Source of the DNA: Okamejei kenojei
Taxonomy: Eukaryota
Reading direction: 5' to 3'
DNA: 64,000 nucleotides
Assembly: GCA_035221665.1 (NCBI GenBank)
Contig: CM069156.1
Location: forward strand, 23,436,001-23,500,000
The notes beneath the pieces are model-generated. The model did no database searches. It was given only the letters and a program-made list of their open reading frames with translations, and was not told the origin of the DNA. This document shows positions 22,930 through 35,120 of this stretch, piece by piece. The translations under genes and the position numbers were made by a program. Position 1 is the first letter of the stretch. Each line of letters opens with the position of its first letter.

Positions 22930-23630
22930 TTCCAAATGTTCCCTAATCAGAAGCCTTGGATGAACCAGAAGATCTGAAATCTACTGAAGAACAAATCTCG
23001 GCCATTAAAGTATGGCGATACAGAGCCATATAGAAAGTCCAGGTACGATTTCAAAAAGGCCATTACAAAAGAAAAAGACACTTTCAGTCTAAACTGGAGG
23101 ATCCAGTGGATGTTCGGCAGTTGTGGCAGGGCTTTCACACCATCATTTCCTACAAGGCAAAATGAAGTAATTGCTCAAGTGACAGCAATACATCACTCGT
23201 GGAAGAGCTCAATGTTTTTTTATAAATGCTTTTAAGGGAAAATATTGATGTACTTTCATGGGCCCCCGCAGTCCCCAGTTACACTGTAACGACACTCACC
23301 AAGACCAACGCAGAAATTCCTTAGAAAGCATCCTGTCCTGATGGTGGACCTGGCCGCATTCTCAAAACTGAGCAGACCAAATTGCTGGAGCTTTAAGACA
23401 TTTTCAACTTTTCATTACGAAGGTCTGTGGTCCCCACCTGCTTTAAAGGAACATCAATAATAACATTGCCCAAGAAGAGTGAAGTGACATGCCTGCCCCA
23501 CGGACTACCAACCAGTGGCACTAATGAAGTGTTTTGGGGAGATGTGTTATGACGCATATCAATCCCGGCCTGGATCCCCTACAGATCACTTAGTGTTACA
23601 ACAGGGGATGTGATCTCACTGGCTCGCCAC
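22930..23630 (+). mobile_element. Rex1/Babar LINE fragment, degenerate
   Basis: FPNQKPWMNQ...VPTCFK...DYQPVAL-like remnants. Confidence 0.7.
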
Positions 23631-24170
23631 TGGTGGAATGTGTGACATGCATATTATATGTAGTGGAGATTATATAGGCATAGATTACTATAGTTAACCT
23701 GCATCCTTCCTCTTAAAGACTCACATTATTACATTTTTGGATAAATTGTGGATATTCTTACCTTGTTTTTTTCCTGATGAACCCTTCAATGAGCTTCGTT
23801 ATTCGAGGTTTCCTAAATTTGCCATAACATTTTACTCCAACCAGGAAACAGTGTCCCTAAACACTTACTAACGCTCTTTTAAAAGACTCCCACTCGTCAG
23901 ATATTGTTTTACCCGCAGGCATTTGCTCCCAATCAACTTTTGCTGAGGGCTCACTTGCACTATTGAAATCAGCATTCCCCAATTTAGGAGCTTAACCCGA
24001 AAATAAACTGTACCCTTTTCCATAACTGCTTTGAAGCATGCAGAATTGTGGTCATGTTTTAAAAATGCCCACAAACAACATTTCCACCACCTACCCAGTA
24101 TAGGTAGTTTGTGAAGTCACCAAATGTTAATGGACCTCCATCTTCACTGTTCAATTCCCTTTTGTTTCAG

Positions 24171-24313
24171 ATCCTGAGGACATCAGTGGGATTCCTGATG
24201 CCCCAGAGGTGATCGTCAATGGCGTCATATTTACCAACAAGTGGTGCCATATCTGTAAGGTCTACCGTCCCCCAAGATGCCGACACTGCTACAGCTGTGA
24301 TGTGTGAGTAGAG
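24171..24313 (+). CDS. ZDHHC exon, first half of the Cys-rich domain (KWCHICKVYRPPRCRHCYSCDV*VE)
   Basis: tttgtttcag acceptor and gtaaaa donor; 143 bp; CxxC...RPPR..HC..C motif. Confidence 0.9.
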
Positions 24314-24544
24314 GTAAAATCTAGAACAAATTTCATCCATTGTTCTTTGAAGAATTGATTGATTGTTTGGAGTTATGAAAGGTCACAGCAGTTCACTGAG
24401 TGCCTGCTAGGAGAGCAGTGGTTGTAAAACTTTCCACTTACCCATTAAGGGGTCCCTGACCGTGTCAGCCAGTTTGAGGGTAGTTATAGATGAGCAATAA
24501 AGTGAAGGCATAAAGGAATATAGTGAAGGCATGAACATTGTCCC

Positions 24545-24630
24545 ACCGGCTGGGTTACTGTGTGACAGCAGCCACAATGGCCGGGCCACTGTGTGACAGC
24601 AGCCTCACCGGCTGGGTCGCTGTGTGACAG
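24545..24630 (+). repeat. Minisatellite, ~3 copies of a CTGTGTGACAGCAGCC-containing unit
   Basis: Repeated CTGTGTGACAG cores. Confidence 0.65.
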
Positions 24631-24732
24631 AAGGAATGGGTGACGTTTCGGGTCGAGACCTTTCAGACACACTCTGAAGAATGGTCTCGGCACGAAACGT
24701 CACCCATTCCTTCTCTCCAGAGATGCTGCCTG
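24629..24732. mobile_element. Inverted pair of Penelope-type terminal repeats with degenerate hammerhead-ribozyme cores
   Basis: CTGAAGA-stem-GAAACGTC motif; 22-bp perfect inverted repeat 24629-24650/24693-24714; related copies near 2870-2960, 43905-44000, 51020-51215, 63110-63190. Confidence 0.6.
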
Positions 24733-24789
24733 TTTTGTGCGCGGGAGCTTGGGTGCGTTCCACAAGCACCAAGACAGTAATAAATAAAA

Positions 24790-25660
24790 CACCTGTCCCC
24801 GCATCCGGGGTGAATCACCCGGTGTGGGTGTCGGGATCCGGAGGTCAGAGGTGGGATCACCCTGATGTGGAGGTTGGGATCGATGGCAGTGCATCGCACT
24901 CAGTGACTGAGGGACGCTCCCACGGGTGGAGACAGAGAAGGGAGGGGGGTAGGGAGAGAAGGGGGAGAGGGAGAAGGGGAGAGAGAAGGGATGGAGAGGG
25001 ATGAGATAGGAGGAAAGAGTAAGAGTGGAAAGAGAAGAGGGAAGAGAGAGAAGGGGGAGACAGGAGCATGGGGTTCATTTTCCTACACAAGCCTTGGTGA
25101 CTGGGCAATCTGAACCCAAGCACCAAGTTGAAAATGGCCGGTGCGCATCGCTCGGGACAGCCCCCACTCTCCCACGGCCACCCTCCACAGGCTGTGGGGC
25201 GGGTGGAGCGGAGGTTTGGGACAATGTTCATGCCTTTGCAGTGATGTAATGGACACTGGGGTCTGGATCAATCGCTGATCCCCCAGCAACATCAAGTCCC
25301 GTCCCCCAGCAACATCATGTCCGTTATTGGACGTTTCTGTTGAGCGGCAGTCGGTTCGTTGGCCTGTAGGCGACGCCACCTTTAGGATAGATAGCGTTTT
25401 GACAGAGCGGCCATTCGGTAAGTTAGCTTTTAGGCTACGCAGCTTTTCAGTTCGTTGGCTTTTAGGCATCCCGCCCTTTCAGTTAGTTTGCATTTAGGCG
25501 TCCCATCATTTCCGTTTGTAGACGTTTCGTCTTCGTAATCTTTCGGTTTATTGGCGTTTCGGCCGCGTTTCCATTCAGTTCTTTGGCTTCGACTTCTTTG
25601 CTTTGGCCTCTCGTCCGTTGGTGCCACGTCCACACACGAAGCCAACGATGCTGAGTTGTT
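24790..25660. mobile_element. Unclassified GC-rich interspersed repeat with short repeated TTTAGGC/TTTCGG motifs
   Basis: GC-rich block within an AT-rich intron; GA-rich tract 24930-25060; repeated motifs 25360-25600. Confidence 0.4.
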
Positions 25661-26212
25661 GTGAATGAATTAGTTGGAGATAGCACGGTCCAGAATCACA
25701 CAGTTGTGTTCTGTCAGTCAGTTCATACAGCATGGAAACAGGCCTTTTGATCCAATTTGCCAACCAAGGTGCCCCATCTACCCTATTCCCAACTGCCCAC
25801 ATGTGACCCATGTCCCTCTAAACCTTTTCTATTCATGTACCTGTCCAAATGTGCTTGTAGTATTTGCCTCAACTACCGCCTTTGGCACCTGTTCCATATA
25901 CCCACCACTCTATGTGTAAATAAAAAGCCCCTCGCATTCCTATTAAATCTTTCCCAAGATTTCCCAAATTCATTCGAATTACGTTTAGGTCATGAGCAGG
26001 GAGATTTTTTGTGGTGAATTATGCTGGTTGAGCTGTTGGTTGATTAAAGTGTAGCTGATCTGACTATAACAATGGGAAAAAGGCAGAGAATTAAAATATT
26101 TTTAAAGATAGATTTTTTTTATAATACAACTATCAGAAAACTATTGAAATGGTTTATATAATGTACAAAACATTGCTGAGTGCTGATAATGTCAATTCTG
26201 TGTTGTCAACAG

Positions 26213-26382
26213 GATCTGGACCATCATTGTTTCTTCCAGAATAAGTGCATTGGAAAAAGAAACCATCGTTTTTTCTACATTTTACTCTTTTTCCTAACCG
26301 TCTATTTTCTTCTCATGTTTTCCTTCTGCGTAATCTTTCTACTGAAGAATCCCAATGCAATATTTCTAACCAAGATCACCAC
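26213..26382 (+). CDS. ZDHHC exon, DHHC motif and TM3 (DLDHHCFFQNKCIGKRNHRFF...)
   Basis: caacag acceptor; U12-type donor GTATCCTTT; ORF 26180..26404. Confidence 0.92.
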
Positions 26383-26929
26383 GTATCCTTTTACTGGCAT
26401 TTGAAAGAAAGTTTTGTCTGTAGTTATTAGCACAGTATATCCCACATTGCAAATTGCTTAATAAATTAGGCTCCAGCATTACAGATAATTAAACAGTACA
26501 GAAGTAGCCAATTGAGCCTTTAGTTTTTGTAGCCTTTAGTGTACCTTTAGTTTTTGTATTATGTGGGGGTGGGGAAAACGTTTTTTATCTCTTTCCTCGA
26601 CGGAGCCGAGGCACGAGCGTGCGTCGACCAAAGCTCACGAAAATTCTCGGGAAACCCAAGGTGAACTGCGAGCGTGCGTCGACCAAAGCTCTAGGGAGCT
26701 CTCAGATACAGGGCCCGAGCCGAGGCGCGAGCAGGCGAACGTTCTAAGCCCCAATGCATACCCCCCCGTCACAAACAGCAGGGTTTTTTTCAAAGGTTTT
26801 TAGGCAGCGATGGACGGGCGTCGAGATGAACCCGACAGCTCTAATACAGGGCCCGACTTGCTCGTTCTTTACTCGCAGCGTGTGACGCAGTCTTCATCGA
26901 TGATCTTCGGTGTTCAGTCGACGGGCTGT

Positions 26930-26981
<52 letters not shown>

Positions 26982-27770
26982 GGACGGAGGGGTGGGAGGT
27001 GATGTCAGTCGTAGCACGAGCAGACGGCAGGCAGATCCATTGTCACATCATCAGCAAAAATAACCAGGGGTTTTGAATTCAAAGTTTGATCGGATTTGTG
27101 AAGATTTTTATTAATAACTCAAGAAATGAAGCACAAATAAAGAAATAAAGGGGGAAATCTCTACCAGAATATGTAAAAATGTTCCCGTCAAGTGTCGTTT
27201 TTTCGAGTAGTTGTGATGACACACAAACAAATAAATATACATGCACGCGCACACACACATCTAAGATCAGTTTTATAGTTATAATAATGGTAAGGAAATG
27301 GATATGATGTATCCAGTTGCTTTTTTGTAAGACTGTTGGCTAATCAAATTCCTTGTCTCATTTGGCTAATAAATTAATTACAATTACAATTAAAATTACA
27401 ATTAAGTAGACCTCTTGGAATTCCATGGTGCATTATTTTCCAAAACATAAATCTTAATTATCTAGAGTGCAACAAGATTAATTTCTGAAATGTTGCAGTT
27501 GTTCTAAGCCCCAATGCATATGTTTCTAGAGCTTAAGATGGTAAATTAATCAGTGAAGCAACCAGATTGTGTTCAGTTGTGAAAGGCAGAGAAGGAAGTG
27601 TAATAATATTCCTGAATATGTTGGATATATTGAGAAATAGAGAACAAGTTTCTCCTCCTCCCACATGACAGTGATGACCCATGTCTTGGCTGAAGATTCA
27701 TTAAACAATTTACTTGTCTCTTTTGATGTTGATTGCAAGAAATTATATTTTCCTTAATAATGTATTGCAG
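26383..27770 (+). other. U12-type (minor spliceosome) GT-AG intron
   Basis: 5' splice site GTATCCTTT; branch point TTTCCTTAAT ~27749-27758, 12 nt from the 3' CAG end; no polypyrimidine tract. Confidence 0.88.
26520..27290. mobile_element. Unclassified GC-rich repeat insertion(s) with a 51-nt G run, inside the U12 intron
   Basis: Internal duplication CGAGCGTGCGTCGACCAAAGCTC; G run 26930-26980; tail AGTTTTATAGTTATAAT shared with ~38440-38460. Confidence 0.5.
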
Positions 27771-27873
27771 TTTTATTATTGCTACATTTTCATTTCTTGC
27801 TTCTCTGTCTTTATTTTTCTTTTTCGTCTTTCACAGTTACCTCATTGCAGCTGGAACAAATACATATGAGCAG
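27771..27873 (+). CDS. ZDHHC exon, TM4 and TTxE-like motif (FHSYLIAAGTNTYEQ)
   Basis: Phase matches the previous exon; gtaaat donor; ORF 27733..27939. Confidence 0.88.
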
Positions 27874-28674
27874 GTAAATGTCAAGATAACAGTTGTCATT
27901 TCATTTTCACTTCATTTTAACACAGAATCAGGGATTTAACCTAATTAGTCTGAGTTTAGGGTTCACAAGAGCCTCTCCCCACCCTTATGTATTCATCCCA
28001 TGACCCATGTATTTCTCTGGCTTCCCTTGAAGCCATTCGTGTCATTTGCCTTAATTATTGTTCAAAATACTAACTGCTGTTATGGCAAAGGAATTTTCTG
28101 AATCATCTTTTGGATTTAGTGGTGTGGTGATTCCTTGTCTTGCTACCTGCCATAAAGCACAGATTAACCATTTTAAATCAGTTGAGTTGTTGAAGTCATT
28201 AAACACTTCACTCAAACCCTAGTATACGCTCATTGACTTTTAATCAATTCATTTGAAGTGTAGGACTAATTGATCAAAATATTTTCTCGTGGTTGTTGTT
28301 GTAAAATTAGTGAGATTGCCCTCTGGAAGAACCGGTCACAAGAGGCTCCCAGTACAAAGAAACAAATTAAATCTGGTCCTGATGGGACAAGGTAAAGCCC
28401 ATGGCCTCTGACTTACTGAGTTTCCTGTTCATTTGAAGGGTATGTTACGATGTTCAATTTGGATCTGGGCTGTTTCAATGCAGTTGTGATGAATTACCAT
28501 GTGATCCTGGGGGGTGGGCTGTGGGTGCAGGGTGGGGAAGAAAAGTCCTGCTGGTCCACAAGGAGTGGAGTCAAGTCACTTGGTGTAAAATTAAAATACT
28601 GCAGTGCTGGCACTCTGAAATAACAACTGGAAACACCCACTGAATATTTTTATTTTATACGTTGCTGATATTAC

Positions 28675-28937
28675 CTGATTTTCACCCAGAGAGTTGTGCA
28701 TCTGCTGGTTTTCATCCAGAGAGTTGTGCATCTGTGGAATTCTCTGCATCAGAAGGCAGTGGAGGCCAATTCTCTGGATGCTTTCAAGAGAGAGTTAGAT
28801 AGAGCTGTTAAAGAAAGCGGAGTCAAGAGATAGGGGGAGAAGGCAGGAACGGGGTACTGAATGTGTGGTTGATCAGCCATGACCACAGTGAATGGTGACA
28901 CAGGCTTTTAGGGGCAAATGGCCTACTCTGCACCTAT
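28675..28937 (+). mobile_element. CR1 LINE 3' end, target of the DIRS insertion
   Basis: CAGAGAGTTGTG..CTGTGGAATTCTCTG...GGCCTACTCTGCACCTAT; the CTATTGT-type tail resumes after 33880. Confidence 0.8.
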
Positions 28938-31900
28938 TTTACTTCGGAGTCACGTGAGTGACTACGTGAAGAAGAGCCCGCCTCACGCTGGTAACGGCCT
29001 TGACGTCGACCGCTGACGGCAGACAGAAGGTGGAGCTGCAGTAATGGAGCAGCTCCTCGCAGCGGTCGGAACGGCCCGCAGGTAAGTGAAGTTTACATCG
29101 GCGGGGTTTTAGGTTACGCTGGATGTTCCAACAGCGAAACTAAAAGTAAAAATTTAGACGTTAACGTGCTGATGAGCACAAGATAAAATTTTAAAAATGG
29201 AGAATCGGGAAGGAAGGCTTCGCGTGAAAAGAGCCACCCGGGGTGAAAGTAAATATACGGGAAGCGAAGCTAGAGTGGACCCGGTTCCGATACCGTTGGC
29301 CACTGATTTACCCGATATAGAATTTCCAGATTCTCCGGAAATTATAACCACGGAGGAAAATGTTCCTAAGAAATGCAAAAAGAAAACTGTGAGGCCCGTG
29401 GATTCTGAATGATTCTGATTTTGAAAGACCTCCAGATAATAAAACTATGTGGCTAAAAAATGGAGCATATGGAGAAAGTTCTCCAAACTATTTGAGACAA
29501 GGGTCACAGTACCCTCATGAATCCAGAAAATCCCTGAGGGGTTTCAATATGATGAATATGGCTGTGGGCCAAGTTGGGAATATGATACTCCAGACCCACG
29601 ATTTGGGCTGGAAGAAGTCTCATGGGATATATCCCGATGGAATTAGGGCTGCAGAAGGCAGACCCTGCTGAATTTGAAATGTTTTTTGAAAGCACGCCAC
29701 AAAGTAAAAAGAAAAGGCTTGATCTGCCTAGGATAGCACAAAGTTTTGCTATACCTGAAGGAAGTGGTGAGGATATGGAAGAAAGCCTGGCTACCAATAT
29801 AAATTATATGGTATCTCACCAGCTCATAATACTGTGATGAATGAATTATCAGATTATATATAAAGCACCCAGGCAATTGTGCCTCATTGGAAGTGCCTAC
29901 GGTGAATCCGATGGTATGGGCATCTATGACTCCAAGTATGAGAGCCCAAGAAATGAAATTTCAAAAGGTGCTAAAATTATTTTCGGCTGCCATCACGGCA
30001 TTTGGCAGGCAAATGGAGAATCTGGAAATGGACAAGATTCAAAAAGATACTTTGGGTTTAATGTGCAATTCGTTTTTATGAGATCAATTGCATGAGGGAA
30101 AATGGCGATTCGGCCCACCAAAATTTCACCCTAGATATGCAAGCCTGTGTCAAGAAAGGGGAGTTCAAGCTCCTGGATATTTGTTTGGAGAAAATCTGCC
30201 GAAACAACTGAAGCAGTTGGATGAAAAGCTAAATATGTTAGCACTATTAAGCCTTTGTCTTTGGACAAAGAAAAGGGTTTTTCGGCCCGAAAGAGTTTTG
30301 ATTTTCGTTAAGAGGCAGAAATTTGTCGACGAAGGTATTATCGTGCTACACAGGCCGCTGCTATCCCTGCATTCGGGAAAGAGGTGACCATCACGCTCTA
30401 TGTGAAAAAAGACTTCTATCCTTAAAGAAACTGTGGATGAATCTCCAGTTGGAGGGAGATTGCAAAAAATTTTATAATGCCTGGCTTAATATTACTTCTG
30501 ATCGGTTTTATATTACAAGCAGTTTCAGGAGCTATTTTATTTTTAAAGAAGGGGTCAATCCTCCTGTACAGAATAAACCTGCTTATGCTATGTGTTTTCT
30601 CCAGAAGAAGAATGGAGATTGATGTGGAAATTGGCAAATTATCCGAAAAAGGGTATTGAAAAAACTTATGATACTTAGCATCAATTTGTCTCTAATATAT
30701 TTTCGCAGAGATAAGAAAGATGGTGGTTGTAGAATTTTCTAGACCTTACAGGATCTAAATAAGTTTGTAGAATACAAACGTTTTAAGATGGAGACATTTA
30801 AAACTGCAAAATATTTGATTTCTCAGCAGGTTCTTATATGGCTATATTGATTTAAAAGACGGCCTATTATTCTGTACCAATTCATCATCTTTTTCCGGAG
30901 ATACTTAAAGTTTTATTGGCAGGGGCAATTATGGCAGTTCAAAGCTTTACCAAATGGATTAAGTTCAGCTCCTAGACTCTTTACAAAACTGTTGAAACCA
31001 GTTTTAGCTCAATTAAGAGCACAGAAACACATTGTAATGGCTTATCTGGATGATATTCTGATTGTTAATGGATAGTCAGCTGAGCACTCAATGTTCAGTT
31101 ACTAAAGCTTTGTTTAAAGAGCTTGGATTCTTAATTCATCCCAATTAAATCCCAGCTGCAGCCAGTTCAATCAATTGATTTTCTGGGTTTGTAATTAACT
31201 CAGTAACTATGTTAGTTACGTTGCCAGCAAAGAAGACAAATGAATTTTGCAAATGTGTAATTATCTCATTCACAAACCTTATCCCTCATCCGAGAAGTGC
31301 AAAAGTTATTGGTACATTAGTGGCAGCTTTTTCTGGCAGTGGAAGGAATTTGGGCCATTACATTATCAAAATCCTTAAAGGGACAATGTAAGGGCTCTTA
31401 AAGATAAGGCAGTTCACTTTGACAGACCTATGCAATTAACAAAGGAATGCAGTATTGGAATTGCAATGGTGGGTTGAAATGTCCCACAAGCTGCTAAGAA
31501 GATCATGATTAAACAGCCTGAAATGGTTTTTGCAAACAGATGCTAGTGCTCTCGGATGGGGGGCCACAGATTTATACTACCATTGTGGAGGTAGATGGAA
31601 AACTGTAAGAGCAAGTGTTGCTCCAAAAGTATGTATTAACTATTTGGAGTTAATGGGGCCTTTTATGGGCTTAAAGCATATTGTTCTGCTAAACAATGTC
31701 TGCATGTATTAATACAATTAGACAATAAAACGGCTGTGGTTTACATTATCACATGGGGGGAGTTAGATCAATCATGTGATTGTCTGGTCAATGAGATATG
31801 GCAATGGTGTATTGATCGGCAGATATGGATTTCAGCAACCTATATTCCAGGTAAAGACAAATGTGGTTAGCAGATGGAAGGTCCAGGATTTTTAAAGATA

Positions 31901-33880
31901 ATACGAATGGATGCTTAAGCCAGCAATATTTAAGAATATTGTTAAACGATTTGGCTTGCCAGAAATTGATTTGTTTGCATCCAGGCTTAATCATCAATTG
32001 CCTCATTATGTGTCTTGGGAACACGATCCGGACGCAGTTTGCAGTAGATGCATTTTCATTACACTGGGAAAAATGTTTTTTATGCTTTTCCACCATTTGC
32101 TCTGATCCAGAGATGCTTGAAGAAAATAGAGCAAGATTCAGCTTCGGATTGTTGGTAGTGCCAAATTGGCCAACTCAACCTTGGTTCCCAGTTATGCTAA
32201 ATCTGATTAAAGAACCATATATGCAGATTCCTAACTGTAAGTGATATCTTGACTAATCCAGTAACAAATGAAGGTTTACCCATTATATGCATTATATGAA
32301 TTTGTTAATCTGCAGGTTTTGACCAGACCACTACAGGAACTGGGATTGTCGGATCAAACTTTGACAGTTATTGGTGCATCATGGCGACATAGCACACACA
32401 GAAACAATATATGACACATATTAAGAAATGGGAAGAATTTTGCACACAGTCAAATATTTCTGATGAATCTGTGAATTTACTCATGTTTTGGAATTCCTTG
32501 CCAATTTGCACTTTGGGCAACAATTTAAGTTACAGTGCCATTAACACTGCACGCTGTGCCTTGTCGTCCTATTTAGGACTTAATGATTGGTGAGAAGTCA
32601 ATTGGGTCGCATCCATTAATATCACGATTCATGGAAAGGAATTTTTCACATGAATCCGCCAAAACCTAGATATACAGAGATTTGGGATGTGAGCATAGTT
32701 CTTGCTCTACTTAGAGAATGGACGCCAATTGAAGGGTTGACATTGGATAGGTTAACATTGAAATTGGTCATGTTAATGGCACTGGTCTCAGCCCAAAGAG
32801 TGCAAACTTTACAAATGTTGCGTTTAGACTGTATGCATGTGACTACAGATACTTGTATTCTATGTTTACGATCTGATCAAACAAAGTAGACCAGGGAGAT
32901 CTGGAACAAAGGTACCTTTCAAGCTTTTAATATTGAGCCTGCTTTGTGTGTGGTTAGACATTTGAACCAATATATTAAAATTACGGACACTTTACGAGGA
33001 AACGAAAAGACATTGCTGCTTACGCACAAAAAGCCACACACAAAAGCTTCAGTTCAAACTATCTCAAAATGGTTGAAACAGGTGTTGGTTTTAGCGGGAG
33101 TAGACACTGATGTCTTCAAATCTCACTCCCACCAGGGCGGCAGCTACGTCCGCGGCGAAGGGGCGGGACGTACCTCTCGAGCATATTTTTAAATCGCAGG
33201 GTGGAGTAAAGAGAAACTTTTCAAAGTTCTACAACAAACCAGTTCACACTATGACAAGCTTTGGACACGCGGTGTTGGGAGCACTATAATCACCTGCTTT
33301 GTTGCTATTAATTGCTATAAATCAGTGTGTAGTCACCTGTAATCTTTTGTCACTTGTAATCAACTTTTTCCCTCAAATTATAAGGAGGGATATTATATGG
33401 TCTTTCATACCATTAAAAAATTGAATTGTGAAAAAAGATCTAACTTATTGTCTGCTTTCTCATTTGTGTTTACTTAGCCGGACAGTCGTACGGATTAATT
33501 CTAACGACATAAAAAACACAGAAGCTTTTTTAAAACTCTTCACGTAGTCACTCACGTTTGACTCCGAAGAAAATAGTAAGATTAAAACGAGAACTCACCT
33601 GTTCGAAGTTTGATCGTTATTTTACGAGGAGTTACGATGAGGGATTACGTGACCCTCACTCCCACCCTCGTAAAAATAAATGATCAAATGTGGTTCAAAG
33701 TCTTTTTATGGGCCTTACTATGTTACTCCGGCTTTGGTGTTCTGTGTTTTTCATGCCGTTGCTTTGAAGTATGCCGTTACCAGCGTGAGGCGGGCTCTTC
33801 TTCACGTAATCCCTCATCGTAACTCCTCGTAAAATAACGATCAAACTTCGAACAGGTGAGTTCTCGTTTAATCTTACTAT
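28935..33880 (+). mobile_element. DIRS1-type tyrosine-recombinase retrotransposon, full length, many indels
   Basis: ITRs match (TACGTGAAGAAGAGCCCGCCTCACGCTGGTAACGGC); ICR ~33537-33651 complementary to both ends; RT YLDD ~31043; RNase H TDAS; methyltransferase DLFAS and VVPNWPTQPWFP; YR LVSAQRVQ, HS(T)R, FYNKP. Confidence 0.93.
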
Positions 33881-33925
33881 TCTCTATTGTTTATTGACTG
33901 ATCAACATGATTTTCTTGCTGACAG

Positions 33926-34017
33926 ATTATGAGGTCATATAGCCATGAAAGGAATCCTTTTGATAAGGGATGTTGCAGAAACTTTACTGTCCTATTGTTC
34001 GGTCACCAGCCATCGTG
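33926..34017 (+). CDS. ZDHHC exon, PaCCT motif (IMRSYSHERNPFDKGCCRNFTVLLFGHQPS)
   Basis: ttttcttgctgacag acceptor and gtaaga donor; NPF.xG..xN motif; phase 0 start. Confidence 0.88.
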
Positions 34018-34799
34018 GTAAGATTGCCTTGTAAAATAAGAACTTGAGACAACGTAATATATTTGCCAATTTGTATTATTTAAATACAGTATTAAAACTC
34101 TAAGACATAAACCATTTCATCAGCCCAAATTCTGTATCACGTGATTGGACTTTGAATGTGGGTCTTCCTCAGTCATGAGAAGCACAATGGTGCCCAATAT
34201 ACCACAGTGGTGCAGTGGTTCATTTACTGGGTGAAAAGGGCACTAGCATGGACCAATATTCCAGGGATAAGAGTTCACATGCCACTGCACTTGCTGTGGA
34301 ATTTCTATTAGAAAAAAATCCTGCTGATGCCAGAACATTAAAATAAAAACAGAAAGTAACTAAGGAGATAAGATGGAAATGTTATTCAATCAATGAGTGA
34401 ATTCCCAGTTTTACCCTGTGAGAAATATTCTCCTTCCATCCATCCTGCAGCTAAATTAGCTTTTCTTTACAGTTCCAATGAAGGGTCTTTGACCTAAAAT
34501 CTTTACTCTATTTCTCTTCCTATAGATGTAGCTTGATCAGCTTAGTATTTCCAGCATTTTCTGGTTTTATTGTGGCATTTAAATGAACCTCCTTTAGGGA
34601 GGATTTCTGCTGTCTGGCATCAGTCGACAGCAAATTCACATCCTGAAGTGTCCCAGCAATAGACACTGTTGTGTGGGGATCTTTACCAGAAGAACTGCGA
34701 TGGTTCAAGATGGTAGTCCACCATCGCTTTCACAAGGGCAATTGAAACTAGGCAATAAATGCAGATCCTATTAGGGACACTTGCACTTGAAAAATATAT

Positions 34800-35045
34800 T
34801 GATTTTCTTTAGCCAGAGGGTTGTGAATCTGTGGAATAAATTGCTACAGATTGCTGAGGAGGCCAAGACATTAAGTATTTTTAAAGCGGAGATTTATAGG
34901 TTTTTGATTAGTAAGGGTGGCAAAGGTTGGAGGAGAAGGCAGAATGGGGTTGACAAAGAAAAATAGATCAGTTATGATTGAATGGTGGAGTAAACTTGAT
35001 GGGCCGAATGGTCTATTTCTGCTCCTATGTGTTATGGTCTTACAG
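34800..35045 (+). mobile_element. CR1 LINE 3' fragment
   Basis: FFSQRVVNLWNKL (ORF 34781..34966). Confidence 0.75.
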
Positions 35046-35120
35046 ACTTCTTATGGTTCTAGCTGCATAGTAAGTCTGAACATTAGCATTACTAATTTAG
35101 TTCACTTTGTTTTATTTCAG

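Noticed and set aside
25360-25600. Regularly recurring short motifs that might suggest a CRISPR-like array
   Set aside because: Units are short and degenerate with no unique spacers, in a eukaryotic TE context; more likely transposon subterminal repeats.
31900-32250. Adenine-methyltransferase-like motifs as a possible novel cargo gene
   Set aside because: This domain is a standard part of DIRS1-type elements and is also present at ~60900-61200.
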